64,000 bases of DNA from Escherichia coli (lineage in GTDB: Bacteria; Pseudomonadota; Gammaproteobacteria; Enterobacterales; Enterobacteriaceae). Under the pieces are notes generated by a model, which saw only the letters and a list, made by a program, of their open reading frames with translations, did no database searches and had not been told where the DNA came from. The DNA is taken from assembly GCF_013315695.1 (NCBI RefSeq), contig NZ_CP054353.1, one strand, 5' to 3'. A program made the translations under genes and the position numbers. The number at the start of each line of letters is the position of its first letter. The first letter of the stretch is position 1. Shown here piece by piece: positions 32,104 to 44,011 of the stretch.

Positions 32104-32829
32104 GTGAGTAATAAAAACGTCAATGTAAGGAAATCGCAGGAAATAACATTCTGCTTGCTGGCAGGTATCCTGATGTTCATGGCAATGATGGTTGCCGGAC
32201 GCGCTGAAGCGGGAGTGGCCTTAGGTGCGACTCGCGTAATTTATCCAGCAGGGCAAAAACAAGTGCAACTTGCCGTGACAAATAATGATGAAAATAGCAC
32301 CTATTTGATTCAATCATGGGTAGAAAATGCTGATGGTGTAAAGGATGGCCGTTTTATCGTGACGCCACCTCTGTTTGCGATGAAGGGAAAAAAAGAGAAT
32401 ACCTTGCGTATTCTTGATGCAACAAATAACCAATTGCCACAGGATCGGGAAAGTTTATTCTGGATGAATGTTAAAGCGATTCCGTCAATGGATAAATCAA
32501 AATTGACTGAGAATACGCTACAGCTCGCAATTATCAGCCGCATTAAACTGTACTATCGTCCGGCTAAATTAGCGTTGCCACCCGATCAGGCCGCAGAAAA
32601 ATTAAGATTTCGTCGTAGCGCGAATTCTCTGACGCTGATTAACCCGACACCCTATTACCTGACGGTAACAGAGTTGAATGCCGGAACCCGGGTTCTTGAA
32701 AATGCATTGGTGCCTCCAATGGGCGAAAGCGCGGTTAAATTGCCTTCTGATGCAGGAAGCAATATTACTTACCGAACAATAAATGATTATGGCGCACTTA
32801 CCCCCAAAATGACGGGCGTAATGGAATAA
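32104..32829 (+). CDS. fimC: periplasmic fimbrial chaperone
   Basis: 241-aa product with signal peptide; between fimI and fimD. Confidence 0.92.
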   Translation: MSNKNVNVRKSQEITFCLLAGILMFMAMMVAGRAEAGVALGATRVIYPAGQKQVQLAVTNNDENSTYLIQSWVENADGVKDGRFIVTPPLFAMKGKKENTLRILDATNNQLPQDRESLFWMNVKAIPSMDKSKLTENTLQLAIISRIKLYYRPAKLALPPDQAAEKLRFRRSANSLTLINPTPYYLTVTELNAGTRVLENALVPPMGESAVKLPSDAGSNITYRTINDYGALTPKMTGVME

Positions 32830-32892
32830 CGCAGGGGGATTTTCGCCTGAATAAAAAGAATTGACTGCCGGGTGATTTAAACCGGAGGAATA

Positions 32893-35529
32893 ATGTCATA
32901 TCTGAATTTAAGACTTTACCAGCGAAACACACAGTGCTTGCATATTCGTAAGCATCGTTTGGCTGGTTTTTTTGTCCGGCTCTTTGTTGCCTGTGCTTTT
33001 GCCGCACAGGCACCTTTGTCATCTGCCGAACTCTATTTTAACCCGCGTTTTTTAGCGGATGATCCCCAGGCTGTGGCTGATTTATCGCGTTTTGAGAATG
33101 GGCAAGAATTACCGCCAGGGACGTATCGTGTCGATATCTATTTGAATAATGGTTATATGGCAACGCGTGATGTCTCATTTAATACGGGCGACAGCGAACA
33201 AGGGATTGTTCCCTGCCTGACACGCGCGCAACTTGCCAGTATGGGGCTGAATACGGCTTCTGTCTCCGGTATGAATCTGCTGGCGGATGATGCCTGCGTG
33301 CCATTAACCTCAATGATCCATGACGCTACTGCGCATTTAGATGTTGGTCAGCAGCGACTCAACCTGACGATCCCTCAGGCATTTATGAGTAATCGCGCGC
33401 GTGGTTATATTCCTCCTGAGTTATGGGATCCCGGTATTAATGCCGGATTGCTCAATTATAATTTCAGCGGAAATAGTGTACAGAATCGAATTGGGGGTAA
33501 CAGCCATTATGCATATTTAAACCTACAGAGTGGGTTAAATATTGGTGCGTGGCGTTTATGCGACAATACCACCTGGAGTTATAACAGTAGCGACAGTTCA
33601 TCAGGTAGCAAAAATAAATGGCAGCATATCAATACCTGGCTTGAGCGAGACATAATTCCGTTACGTTCCCGGCTGACGCTGGGTGATGGTTATACTCAGG
33701 GCGATATTTTCGATGGTATTAACTTTCGCGGCGCACAATTGGCCTCAGATGACAATATGTTACCCGATAGCCAAAGAGGATTTGCCCCGGTGATCCACGG
33801 TATTGCTCATGGTACTGCACAGGTCACTATTAAACAAAATGGGTATGACATTTATAATAGTACGGTGCCACCGGGGCCTTTTACCATCAACGATATCTAT
33901 GCCGCAGGTAATAGTGGTGACTTGCAGGTAACGATTAAAGAGGCTGACGGCAGTACGCAGATTTTTACCGTACCCTATTCGTCAGTCCCGCTTTTGCAGC
34001 GTGAAGGGCATACACGTTATTCCATTACGGCAGGAGAATACCGTAGTGGAAATGCGCAGCAGGAAAAACCCCGCTTTTTCCAGAGTACATTACTCCACGG
34101 CCTTCCGGCTGGCTGGACAATATATGGTGGAACGCAACTGGCGGATCGTTATCGTGCGTTTAATTTCGGTATCGGGAAAAATATGGGGGCACTGGGCGCT
34201 CTGTCTGTGGATATGACGCAGGCTAATTCCACACTTCCCGATGACAGTCAGCATGACGGACAATCGGTGCGTTTTCTTTATAACAAATCGCTCAATGAGT
34301 CAGGCACGAATATTCAGTTAGTGGGTTACCGTTATTCGACCAGTGGGTATTTTAATTTCGCTGATACAACATACAGTCGAATGAATGGCTACAACATCGA
34401 AACACAGGATGGAGTTATTCAGGTTAAGCCGAAATTCACCGACTATTACAATCTCGCTTATAACAAACGCGGGAAATTACAACTCACCGTTACTCAGCAA
34501 CTCGGGCGCACATCAACACTGTATTTGAGTGGTAGCCATCAAACTTATTGGGGAACGAGTAATGTCGATGAGCAATTCCAGGCTGGATTAAATACTGCGT
34601 TCGAAGATATTAACTGGACGCTCAGCTATAGCCTGACGAAAAACGCCTGGCAAAAAGGACGGGATCAGATGTTAGCGCTTAACGTCAATATTCCTTTCAG
34701 CCACTGGCTGCGTTCTGACAGTAAATCTCAGTGGCGACATGCCAGTGCCAGCTACAGCATGTCACACGATCTCAACGGTCGGATGACCAATCTGGCCGGT
34801 ATATACGGTACGTTGCTGGAAGACAACGACCTCAGCTATAGCGTGCAAACCGGTTATGCCGGGGGAGGCGATGGAAATAGCGGAAGTACAGGCTACGCCA
34901 CGCTGAATTATCGCGGTGGTTACGGCAATGCCAATATCGGTTACAGCCATAGCGATGATATTAAGCAGCTCTATTACGGAGTCAGCGGTGGGGTACTGGC
35001 TCATGCCAATGGCGTAACGCTGGGGCAGCCGTTAAACGATACGGTGGTGCTTGTTAAAGCGCCTGGCGCAAAAGATGCAAAAGTCGAAAACCAGACAGGA
35101 GTGCGTACCGACTGGCGGGGTTATGCCGTGCTGCCTTATGCCACTGAATATCGGGAAAACAGAGTGGCGCTGGATACCAATACCCTGGCTGATAACGTCG
35201 ATTTAGATAATGCGGTCGCTAACGTTGTTCCCACCCGTGGGGCGATCGTGCGAGCAGAGTTTAAAGCGCGCGTTGGGATAAAACTGCTCATGACGCTAAC
35301 CCACAATAATAAGCCGCTGCTGTTTGGGGCGATGGTGACATCAGAGAGTAGCCAGAGTAGCGGCATTGTTGCGGATAATGGTCAGGTTTACCTCAGCGGA
35401 ATGCCTTTAGCGGGAAAAGTGCAGGTGAAATGGGGAGAAGAGGAAAATGCTCACTGTGTCGCCAATTATCAACTGCCACCAGAGAGTCAGCAGCAGTTAT
35501 TAACCCAGCTATCAGCTGAATGTCGTTAA
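32893..35529 (+). CDS. fimD: fimbrial outer-membrane usher
   Basis: 878-aa usher-size ORF. Confidence 0.92.
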   Translation: MSYLNLRLYQRNTQCLHIRKHRLAGFFVRLFVACAFAAQAPLSSAELYFNPRFLADDPQAVADLSRFENGQELPPGTYRVDIYLNNGYMATRDVSFNTGDSEQGIVPCLTRAQLASMGLNTASVSGMNLLADDACVPLTSMIHDATAHLDVGQQRLNLTIPQAFMSNRARGYIPPELWDPGINAGLLNYNFSGNSVQNRIGGNSHYAYLNLQSGLNIGAWRLCDNTTWSYNSSDSSSGSKNKWQHINTWLERDIIPLRSRLTLGDGYTQGDIFDGINFRGAQLASDDNMLPDSQRGFAPVIHGIAHGTAQVTIKQNGYDIYNSTVPPGPFTINDIYAAGNSGDLQVTIKEADGSTQIFTVPYSSVPLLQREGHTRYSITAGEYRSGNAQQEKPRFFQSTLLHGLPAGWTIYGGTQLADRYRAFNFGIGKNMGALGALSVDMTQANSTLPDDSQHDGQSVRFLYNKSLNESGTNIQLVGYRYSTSGYFNFADTTYSRMNGYNIETQDGVIQVKPKFTDYYNLAYNKRGKLQLTVTQQLGRTSTLYLSGSHQTYWGTSNVDEQFQAGLNTAFEDINWTLSYSLTKNAWQKGRDQMLALNVNIPFSHWLRSDSKSQWRHASASYSMSHDLNGRMTNLAGIYGTLLEDNDLSYSVQTGYAGGGDGNSGSTGYATLNYRGGYGNANIGYSHSDDIKQLYYGVSGGVLAHANGVTLGQPLNDTVVLVKAPGAKDAKVENQTGVRTDWRGYAVLPYATEYRENRVALDTNTLADNVDLDNAVANVVPTRGAIVRAEFKARVGIKLLMTLTHNNKPLLFGAMVTSESSQSSGIVADNGQVYLSGMPLAGKVQVKWGEEENAHCVANYQLPPESQQQLLTQLSAECR

Positions 35530-35538
35530 GGGGGCGTG

Positions 35539-36069
35539 ATGAGAAACAAACCTTTTTATCTTCTTTGCGCTTTTTTGTGGCTGGCGGTAAGTCACGCTTT
35601 GGCTGCGGATAGCACGATTACTATCCGCGGCTATGTCAGAGATAATGGCTGTAGTGTGGCCGCTGAATCAACCAATTTTACTGTTGATCTGATGGAAAAC
35701 GCGGCGAAGCAATTTAACAACATTGGCGCGACGACTCCTGTCGTTCCATTTCGTATTTTGCTGTCACCCTGTGGTAACGCCGTTTCTGCCGTAAAGGTTG
35801 GGTTTACTGGCGTTGCAGATAGCCACAATGCCAACCTGCTTGCACTTGAAAATACGGTGTCAGCGGCTGCGGGACTGGGAATACAGCTTCTGAATGAGCA
35901 ACAAAATCAGATACCCCTTAATGCCCCATCGTCCGCGATTTCGTGGACGACCCTGACGCCGGGTAAACCAAATACGCTGAATTTTTACGCCCGGCTAATG
36001 GCGACACAGGTGCCTGTCACTGCGGGGCATATCAATGCCACGGCTACCTTCACTCTTGAATATCAGTAA
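35539..36069 (+). CDS. fimF: type 1 fimbrial minor subunit FimF
   Basis: 176-aa pilin-like product [22 protein letters not shown]...TLEYQ. Confidence 0.9.
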   Translation: MRNKPFYLLCAFLWLAVSHALAADSTITIRGYVRDNGCSVAAESTNFTVDLMENAAKQFNNIGATTPVVPFRILLSPCGNAVSAVKVGFTGVADSHNANLLALENTVSAAAGLGIQLLNEQQNQIPLNAPSSAISWTTLTPGKPNTLNFYARLMATQVPVTAGHINATATFTLEYQ

Positions 36070-36081
36070 CTGGAGATGCTC

Positions 36082-36585
36082 ATGAAATGGCGCAAACGTG
36101 GGTATTTATTGGCGGCAATATTGGCGCTCGCAAGTGCGACGATACAGGCAGCCGATGTCACCATCACGGTGAACGGTAAGGTCGTCGCTAAACCGTGCAC
36201 GGTTTCCACCACCAATGCCACGGTTGATCTCGGCGATCTTTATTCTTTCAGTCTTATGTCTGCCGGGGCGGCATCGGCCTGGCATGATGTTGCGCTTGAG
36301 TTGACTAATTGTCCGGTGGGAACGTCGAGGGTCACTGCCAGCTTCAGCGGGGCAGCCGACAGTACCGGATATTATAAAAATCAGGGGGCCGCGCAAAACA
36401 TCCAGTTAGAGCTACAGGATGACAGTGGCAACACATTGAATACTGGCGCAACCAAAACAGTTCAGGTGGATGATTCCTCACAATCAGCGCACTTCCCGTT
36501 ACAGGTCAGAGCATTGACGGTAAATGGCGGAGCCACTCAGGGAACCATTCAGGCAGTGATTAGCATCACCTATACCTACAGCTGA
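36082..36585 (+). CDS. fimG: type 1 fimbrial minor subunit FimG
   Basis: 167-aa product MKWRKRGYLLAAILALASATIQA... Confidence 0.9.
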   Translation: MKWRKRGYLLAAILALASATIQAADVTITVNGKVVAKPCTVSTTNATVDLGDLYSFSLMSAGAASAWHDVALELTNCPVGTSRVTASFSGAADSTGYYKNQGAAQNIQLELQDDSGNTLNTGATKTVQVDDSSQSAHFPLQVRALTVNGGATQGTIQAVISITYTYS

Positions 36586-36604
36586 ACCCGAAGAGATGAT
36601 TGTA

Positions 36605-37507
36605 ATGAAACGAGTTATTACCCTGTTTGCTGTACTGCTGATGGGCTGGTCGGTAAATGCCTGGTCATTCGCCTGTAAAACCGCCAATGGTACAGCTATC
36701 CCTATTGGCGGTGGCAGCGCTAATGTTTATGTAAACCTTGCGCCCGCCGTGAATGTGGGGCAAAACCTGGTCGTAGATCTTTCGACGCAAATCTTTTGCC
36801 ATAACGATTATCCGGAAACCATTACAGACTATGTCACACTGCAACGAGGCTCGGCTTATGGCGGCGTGTTATCTAATTTTTCCGGGACCGTAAAATATAG
36901 TGGCAGTAGCTATCCATTTCCTACCACCAGCGAAACGCCGCGCGTTGTTTATAATTCGAGAACGGATAAGCCGTGGCCGGTGGCGCTTTATTTGACGCCT
37001 GTGAGCAGTGCGGGCGGGGTGGCGATTAAAGCTGGCTCATTAATTGCCGTGCTTATTTTGCGACAGACCAACAACTATAACAGCGATGATTTCCAGTTTG
37101 TGTGGAATATTTACGCCAATAATGATGTGGTGGTGCCCACTGGCGGCTGTGATGTTTCTGCTCGTGATGTCACCGTTACTCTGCCGGACTACCCTGGTTC
37201 AGTGCCAATTCCTCTTACCGTTTATTGTGCGAAAAGCCAAAACCTGGGGTATTACCTCTCCGGCACAACCGCAGATGCGGGCAACTCGATTTTCACCAAT
37301 ACCGCGTCGTTTTCACCAGCGCAGGGCGTCGGCGTACAGTTGACGCGCAACGGTACGATTATTCCAGCGAATAACACGGTATCGTTAGGAGCAGTAGGAA
37401 CTTCGGCGGTAAGTCTGGGATTAACGGCAAATTACGCACGTACCGGAGGGCAGGTGACTGCAGGGAATGTGAAATCGATTATTGGCGTGACTTTTGTTTA
37501 TCAATAA
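36605..37507 (+). CDS. fimH: type 1 fimbrial mannose-binding adhesin
   Basis: 300-aa product MKRVITLFAVLLMGWSVNAWSFACKTANGTAIPIGGGSANVYVNLAPAVNVGQ...; lectin domain then pilin domain ending GVTFVYQ. Confidence 0.95.
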   Translation: MKRVITLFAVLLMGWSVNAWSFACKTANGTAIPIGGGSANVYVNLAPAVNVGQNLVVDLSTQIFCHNDYPETITDYVTLQRGSAYGGVLSNFSGTVKYSGSSYPFPTTSETPRVVYNSRTDKPWPVALYLTPVSSAGGVAIKAGSLIAVLILRQTNNYNSDDFQFVWNIYANNDVVVPTGGCDVSARDVTVTLPDYPGSVPIPLTVYCAKSQNLGYYLSGTTADAGNSIFTNTASFSPAQGVGVQLTRNGTIIPANNTVSLGAVGTSAVSLGLTANYARTGGQVTAGNVKSIIGVTFVYQ

Positions 37508-37579
37508 AAAAATTACAGCACATTGCTAATGCTGGTACCTGAGGCGCTACGCTATCAGACCTACAAAACCTGCACGTTA

Positions 37580-37622
37580 GCCCTTTGTAGGCCAGATAAG
37601 ACGCGTCAGCGTCGCATCTGGC
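37580..37622. repeat. REP-like extragenic palindrome
   Basis: gtaggccagataagacgcgtcagcgtcgcatctggc between fimH and gntP, REP-family pattern. Confidence 0.55.
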
Positions 37623-37654
37623 ATAAACAAAGCGTACTTTGCCGACAATCCGAA

Positions 37655-37689
37655 CAGAGCCTGCCATTGGCAGGCTCTGGTGTTCTTTT
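37655..37689. terminator. bidirectional rho-independent terminator between convergent fimH and gntP
   Basis: Hairpin cagagcctgcc-attgg-caggctctg followed by T-run gtgttctttta. Confidence 0.6.
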
Positions 37690-39031
37690 ACGCTACCATG
37701 CTAATAATCAGCACAATAATAAGCCCAACCACGGAGTTGACCAGCTCCAGCAGACCCCAGGTTTTCAACGTGTCTTTTACTGACAGGTCAAAGTATCCTT
37801 TGAACAACCAGAAAGAAGCATCGTTAATGTGGGTGAGGGTGTTGGAACCCGCAGCCGTCGCCAGTACCAGCAGCGCCGGATTCACGCCAACCAGCTGACC
37901 AGTTGCTGGATCAAGGATTGCAGCACTGATAATCCCGGCGGCGGTCATCGCCGAAACGACACCCTGACCCGTCGCCAGACGAATTAGCACAGTGATCAGC
38001 CATGCCATGATGTAGGGCGAGATATTGCCGTGGGACATCAACATGCCGATGGTGTCGCCAATGCCGGTGTCGATGATGGTCTGCTTCAGCACGCCACCCG
38101 CACCGATGATCAGAATCACCATTGCAATACTCTTCACCGCGCTTTCAAAAGCGTTCATCACCCACTGCATGTCATGACCACGTGCGGTGCCAAAGAGTAC
38201 GAATGCAACCACCATCGCAATAAACATTGCAATCGGCGAGGAACCGATAAAGTTAACCACTTCCCAGGCAGGGGTATCTTTTACCAGCCAGATATTGGCG
38301 ATGGTGGTAGAGATCATAATGATCGCCGGGATCAGCGGCACCAGAATCGAAACGCCGAAAGAGGGCAGATTATTCATATCTACCGGTTGATCTGCTTTCA
38401 GGAATGATGGCGTTGGGCGCTCAAGATTGCCGAGGAACTTCGGCAGGATCAGACCTGCGCAGATTACACTTGGGATCGTCACCAGTACGCCATAGATATA
38501 AACCATCCCCATATCCGCGCCATAAGCATTCACCAGCGCCACCGGACCCGGCTGCGGTGGGAACAGTGAATGTGCGGTAGTGGCAGCTGCTACTGCCGGG
38601 ATCGCCAGTTTCAGGAACGGAATTTTAGCTTCGGCGGCAATAACAATAACCAGCGGCGCTAACATGATAAAGGCCACTTCATAGAACATCGCCAGACCAA
38701 AAATCAGGCCGATGATAATCACCGACAGCTGTACATAGCGCAGACCGAGACGCGCCAGCAGCGTATGCGCTATCTGGTGAGCCGCGCCGGAGTCGACCAT
38801 CAATTTACCGATGACCGCACCGAACACCACGATGATAGCCAGTTCCCCCAGCGTGTTGCCGAAGCCCGCTTTCATAGTGTGCAGCAGCGACATCAAATCC
38901 ATGCCCGCCAGCATCCCGACGGACAGCGCCGCCACCAACAAAGCCACCATTGAATTGATTTTGAACTTCAAATTCAGTACCAGCATCAGGCCAATGCCGA
39001 ATACCACCCAGAGAATGTTAAGCACATGCAT
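37688..39031 (-). CDS. gntP: GntP-family gluconate/fructuronate transporter
   Basis: 447-aa polytopic membrane protein [24 protein letters not shown]...; next to fim and uxu as in E. coli. Confidence 0.9.
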
Positions 39032-39370
39032 AACGTTTTACCTTACCTGGTTGAACCGTTGTTATTTTGGGCGATATGTTATGTAAATTGGTCAACCATT
39101 GTTGCGATGAATGTCACATCCTCTGATCAATAACCATCGATTACCCTTTGCTGCAATTTGCAGCAACAACCATGAGAGTGAAATTCTTGTGATGTGGTTA
39201 ACCAATTTCAGAATTCGGGTTGACATGTCTTACCAAAAGGTAGAACTTATACGCCATCTCATCCGATGCAACGCCACGGCTGCGGTCTGGTTGTTCATCC
39301 GGATACCTAAACAACTCCAGGGTTCCGCGTCTCTTTGCTGTGGAACCCACTATGTGAAAGAGGAAAAATC

Positions 39371-40555
39371 ATGGAACAGACCTGGCGCTGGTACGGCCCA
39401 AACGATCCGGTTTCTTTAGCTGATGTCCGTCAGGCGGGCGCAACTGGCGTGGTTACCGCGCTGCACCATATCCCGAACGGCGAAGTATGGTCCGTAGAAG
39501 AGATCCTCAAACGCAAGGCGATCGTTGAAGACGCAGGCCTGGTGTGGTCTGTCGTAGAAAGCGTACCAATTCACGAAGATATCAAAACCCACACTGGCAA
39601 CTATGAGCAGTGGATCGCTAACTATCAGCAGACTCTGCGCAACCTGGCGCAGTGCGGCATTCGCACCGTGTGCTACAACTTCATGCCGGTGCTCGACTGG
39701 ACCCGTACTGACCTCGAATACGTGCTGCCAGACGGCTCCAAAGCGCTGCGCTTCGACCAGATCGAATTCGCTGCATTCGAAATGCATATCCTGAAACGTC
39801 CAGGCGCGGAAGCGGATTACACCGAAGAAGAAATTGCTCAGGCTGCTGTTCGCTTCGCCACTATGAGCGACGAAGACAAAGCGCGTCTGACCCGTAACAT
39901 CATTGCTGGTCTTCCGGGCGCGGAAGAAGGCTACACCCTCGACCAGTTCCGTAAACACCTGGAGCTGTACAAAGATATCGACAAAGCGAAGCTGCGCGAA
40001 AACTTTGCCGTCTTCCTGAAAGCGATTATTCCAGTTGCTGAAGAAGTCGGCGTGCGTATGGCTGTTCACCCGGACGATCCGCCGCGCCCGATCCTCGGCC
40101 TGCCGCGCATTGTTTCCACCATTGAAGATATGCAGTGGATGGTTGATACCGTAAACAGCATGGCAAACGGTTTTACCATGTGCACCGGTTCCTACGGCGT
40201 GCGTGCTGACAACGATCTGGTTGATATGATCAAGCAGTTCGGTCCGCGTATTTACTTCACCCATCTGCGCTCCACCATGCGTGAAGATAACCCGAAAACC
40301 TTCCACGAAGCGGCGCACCTGAACGGTGACGTTGATATGTACGAAGTGGTGAAAGCGATTGTTGAAGAAGAACACCGTCGTAAAGCGGAAGGCAAAGAAG
40401 ACCTGATCCCGATGCGTCCGGACCACGGTCATCAGATGCTGGACGACCTGAAGAAGAAAACCAACCCAGGTTACTCCGCAATTGGTCGTCTGAAAGGCCT
40501 GGCCGAAGTTCGCGGTGTCGAACTGGCGATCCAGCGCGCTTTCTTTAGCCGTTAA
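39371..40555 (+). CDS. uxuA: mannonate dehydratase
   Basis: 394-aa product [40 protein letters not shown]... Confidence 0.93.
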
Positions 40556-40635
40556 TATCCACCGGCATGGCTGCGCGCCGTGCCGGTTCCTTCTTCCTTG
40601 CCGTCACTCTTTGAAGACGGATTCTGGAGTTTACG

Positions 40636-42096
40636 ATGACTACTATTGTTGACAGCAATCTGCCGGTTGCCCGCCCGTCATGGGATCATTCTCGTCTGGA
40701 ATCACGCATTGTGCATCTCGGTTGCGGGGCGTTTCACCGCGCGCACCAGGCGCTGTATACCCATCATCTGCTGGAAAGCACCGACAGCGACTGGGGCATC
40801 TGCGAAGTTAACCTGATGCCAGGCAACGACCGCGTGCTGATCGAAAACCTGAAAAAACAGCAACTGCTGTACACCGTAGCGGAAAAAGGCGCAGAGAGCA
40901 CCGAGCTGAAAATTATCGGTTCGATGAAAGAAGCGCTGCATCCGGAAATCGATGGCTGCGAAGGTATTCTCAACGCGATGGCGCGTCCGCAAACGGCGAT
41001 TGTCTCTCTAACGGTCACGGAAAAAGGCTACTGCGCTGATGCGGCAAGCGGTCAACTGGATCTCAATAACCCACTGATCAAGCACGATCTGGAAAACCCG
41101 ACTGCGCCGAAGTCCGCGATTGGTTACATCGTCGAAGCCTTGCGTCTGCGTCGTGAAAAAGGGTTGAAAGCGTTTACGGTGATGTCCTGCGATAACGTGC
41201 GTGAAAACGGTCATGTGGCGAAGGTCGCGGTACTGGGGCTGGCTCAGGCGCGTGACCCGCAGCTGGCGGCATGGATTGAAGAAAATGTCACCTTCCCGTG
41301 CACCATGGTTGACCGCATCGTTCCGGCGGCGACGCCAGAAACCTTACAGGAAATTGCTGACCAGCTGGGTGTTTACGACCCGTGCGCCATTGCCTGCGAA
41401 CCGTTCCGTCAGTGGGTGATTGAAGATAACTTCGTTAATGGTCGCCCGGACTGGGATAAAGTGGGCGCACAGTTCGTTGCAGACGTTGTGCCGTTCGAAA
41501 TGATGAAGCTGCGTATGCTGAACGGCAGCCACTCTTTTCTGGCGTACCTCGGTTACCTCGGCGGCTATGAAACCATTGCCGACACCATGACTAACCCGGC
41601 TTATCGCAAAGCGGCCTTTGCCCTGATGATGCAGGAACAAGCGCCAACGCTGTCGATGCCGGAAGGTACAGACCTGAACGCCTATGCGACGCTGCTGATC
41701 GAGCGTTTCAGCAACCCGTCTCTGCGTCACCGTACCTGGCAGATTGCGATGGACGGCAGCCAGAAGTTACCGCAGCGTCTGCTGGACCCGGTGCGTCTGC
41801 ACCTGCAAAACGGCGGCAGCTGGCGTCACCTGGCGCTGGGCGTGGCTGGCTGGATGCGTTACACCCAGGGCGTGGATGAGCAGGGTAATGCCATTGACGT
41901 GGTCGACCCGATGCTGGCGGAGTTCCAGAAGATCAACGCGCAGTATCAGGGCGCAGACCGCGTGAAAGCGCTGCTGGGCCTGAGCGGTATTTTTGCCGAT
42001 GATCTGCCGCAGAATGCCGACTTTGTTGGCGCGGTGACGGCGGCATATCAGCAGCTGTGCGAACGCGGTGCGCGCGAGTGTGTGGCTGCGCTGTAA
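40636..42096 (+). CDS. uxuB: D-mannonate oxidoreductase
   Basis: 486-aa product MTTIVDSNLPVARPSWDHSRLESRIVHLGCGAFHRAHQALYTHHLL... Confidence 0.93.
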   Translation: MTTIVDSNLPVARPSWDHSRLESRIVHLGCGAFHRAHQALYTHHLLESTDSDWGICEVNLMPGNDRVLIENLKKQQLLYTVAEKGAESTELKIIGSMKEALHPEIDGCEGILNAMARPQTAIVSLTVTEKGYCADAASGQLDLNNPLIKHDLENPTAPKSAIGYIVEALRLRREKGLKAFTVMSCDNVRENGHVAKVAVLGLAQARDPQLAAWIEENVTFPCTMVDRIVPAATPETLQEIADQLGVYDPCAIACEPFRQWVIEDNFVNGRPDWDKVGAQFVADVVPFEMMKLRMLNGSHSFLAYLGYLGGYETIADTMTNPAYRKAAFALMMQEQAPTLSMPEGTDLNAYATLLIERFSNPSLRHRTWQIAMDGSQKLPQRLLDPVRLHLQNGGSWRHLALGVAGWMRYTQGVDEQGNAIDVVDPMLAEFQKINAQYQGADRVKALLGLSGIFADDLPQNADFVGAVTAAYQQLCERGARECVAAL

Positions 42097-42118
42097 CTAA
42101 CTGATTACCCTACAGACT

Positions 42119-42167
42119 TACTGGTCAATCAAACTGATATTTGGTTGACCAGTTTTCGTTTTTTTGC
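42119..42167 (+). terminator. rho-independent terminator after uxuB
   Basis: Hairpin ctggtcaa...ttgaccag followed by ttttcgttttttt. Confidence 0.6.
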
Positions 42168-42242
42168 CCACCTGTACGTGCCAACTTCCAGTGCTAATGG
42201 TATAGTTTGAGATTAACGGGGGCCGTAAAATTGCCCGTTGTA

Positions 42243-42272
42243 GGCCGGATAAGGCGTTCACGCCGCATCCGG
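42243..42272. repeat. REP element
   Basis: ggccggataaggcgttcacgccgcatccggc, canonical REP-type palindrome. Confidence 0.6.
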
Positions 42273-42310
42273 CAAAAATTTGATTAACCGCACCTAACGG
42301 ACACAACACC

Positions 42311-43084
42311 ATGAAATCTGCCACCTCTGCGCAAAGACCTTACCAGGAAGTCGGGGCGATGATCCGCGATCTGATCATAAAGACGCCGTACAACCCTGGC
42401 GAACGGCTGCCGCCGGAGCGTGAAATTGCAGAAATGCTTGATGTCACGCGGACGGTGGTACGTGAAGCGCTGATCATGCTGGAGATCAAAGGGCTGGTGG
42501 AAGTGCGTCGGGGTGCCGGTATCTATGTTCTTGATAGCTCAGGCAGCCAGAACACAGACGGTCCGGATGCCAACGTCTGCAATGATGCCGGTCCTTTTGA
42601 GCTGTTACAGGCGCGTCAGTTACTGGAAAGTAACATCGCGGAATTTGCCGCCCTGCAGGCTACCCGCGAAGATATCGTCAAAATGCGTCAGGCATTGCAA
42701 CTGGAAGAGCGTGAACTGGCTTCCAGCGCGCCGGGCAGCAGCGAAAGTGGTGACATGCAATTCCATCTCGCCATTGCCGAAGCGACGCATAACAGCATGC
42801 TGGTGGAGCTGTTCCGTCAGTCCTGGCAGTGGCGGGAAAACAATCCGATGTGGATCCAGTTGCACAGCCATCTGGATGACAGCCTGTATCGCAAAGAGTG
42901 GTTGGGCGATCACAAACAGATCCTCGCCGCGTTAATCAAAAAAGATGCCCGAGCGGCGAAGCTGGCAATGTGGCAGCATCTGGAAAACGTTAAGCAACGT
43001 CTGCTGGAATTCTCGAACGTTGACGATATTTATTTTGACGGCTATCTGTTTGATTCATGGCCGCTGGATAAAGTCGACGCCTGA
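42311..43084 (+). CDS. uxuR: GntR-family repressor of the uxu regulon
   Basis: 257-aa product with N-terminal wHTH and FadR-like C-terminal domain. Confidence 0.92.
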   Translation: MKSATSAQRPYQEVGAMIRDLIIKTPYNPGERLPPEREIAEMLDVTRTVVREALIMLEIKGLVEVRRGAGIYVLDSSGSQNTDGPDANVCNDAGPFELLQARQLLESNIAEFAALQATREDIVKMRQALQLEERELASSAPGSSESGDMQFHLAIAEATHNSMLVELFRQSWQWRENNPMWIQLHSHLDDSLYRKEWLGDHKQILAALIKKDARAAKLAMWQHLENVKQRLLEFSNVDDIYFDGYLFDSWPLDKVDA

Positions 43085-43243
43085 CTTATTATAATAAGCG
43101 CAAGGGTAAACGTTCCTTGCGCTTTCTTAAATTAAGAAGTCGCAATGAGTATTACTTTGTAAATTGCAGGGTATTGTTTAGCTATCTGTATAACCTGAAC
43201 GTGAGTACTCATTCTTCTCAGTGGCTATTTACCAATATAATTC

Positions 43244-44011
43244 GGTAATGACTCCAACTTATTGATAGTGTTTTATGTTCAGATAATGCCCGATGACTTT
43301 GTCATGCAGCTCCACCGATTTTGAGAACGACAGCGACTTCCGTCCCAGCCGTGCCAGGTGCTGCCTCAGATTCAGGTTATGCCGCTCAATTCGCTGCGTA
43401 TATCGCTTGCTGATTACGTGCAGCTTTCCCTTCAGGCGGGATTCATACAGCGGCCAGCCATCCGTCATCCATATCACCACGTCAAAGGGTGACAGCAGGC
43501 TCATAAGACGCCCCAGCGTCGCCATAGTGCGTTCACCGAATACGTGCGCAACAACCGTCTTCCGGAGCCTGTCATACGCGTAAAACAGCCAGCGCTGGCG
43601 CGATTTAGCCCCGACATAGCCCCACTGTTCGTCCATTTCCGCGCAGACGATGACGTCACTGCCCGGCTGTATGCGCGAGGTTACCGACTGCGGCCTGAGT
43701 TTTTTAAGTGACGTAAAATCGTGTTGAGGCCAACGCCCATAATGCGGGCTGTTGCCCGGCATCCAACGCCATTCATGGCCATATCAATGATTTTCTGGTG
43801 CGTACCGGGTTGAGAAGCGGTGTAAGTGAACTGCAGTTGCCATGTTTTACGGCAGTGAGAGCAGAGATAGCGCTGATGTCCGGCGGTGCTTTTGCCGTTA
43901 CGCACCACTCCGTCAGTAGCTGAACAGGAGGGACAGCTGATAGAAACAGAAGCCACTGGAGCACCTCAAAAACACCATCATACGCTAAATCAGTAAGTTG
44001 GCAGCATCACC
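43244..44011 (-). mobile_element. IS1 (768 bp), simple insertion with 9-bp target duplication
   Basis: Ends ggtaatgactccaacttattgatag ... cagtaagttggcagcatcacc; insA (43681..43956) and insB (43259..43762) ORFs; ATATAATTC at 43235-43243 and 44012-44020. Inserted 4 codons before the stop of the split yjiC-like gene. Confidence 0.93.

Noticed and set aside
39416-40432. 338-aa antisense ORF within uxuA
   Set aside because: Opposite strand of a clear gene; spurious.
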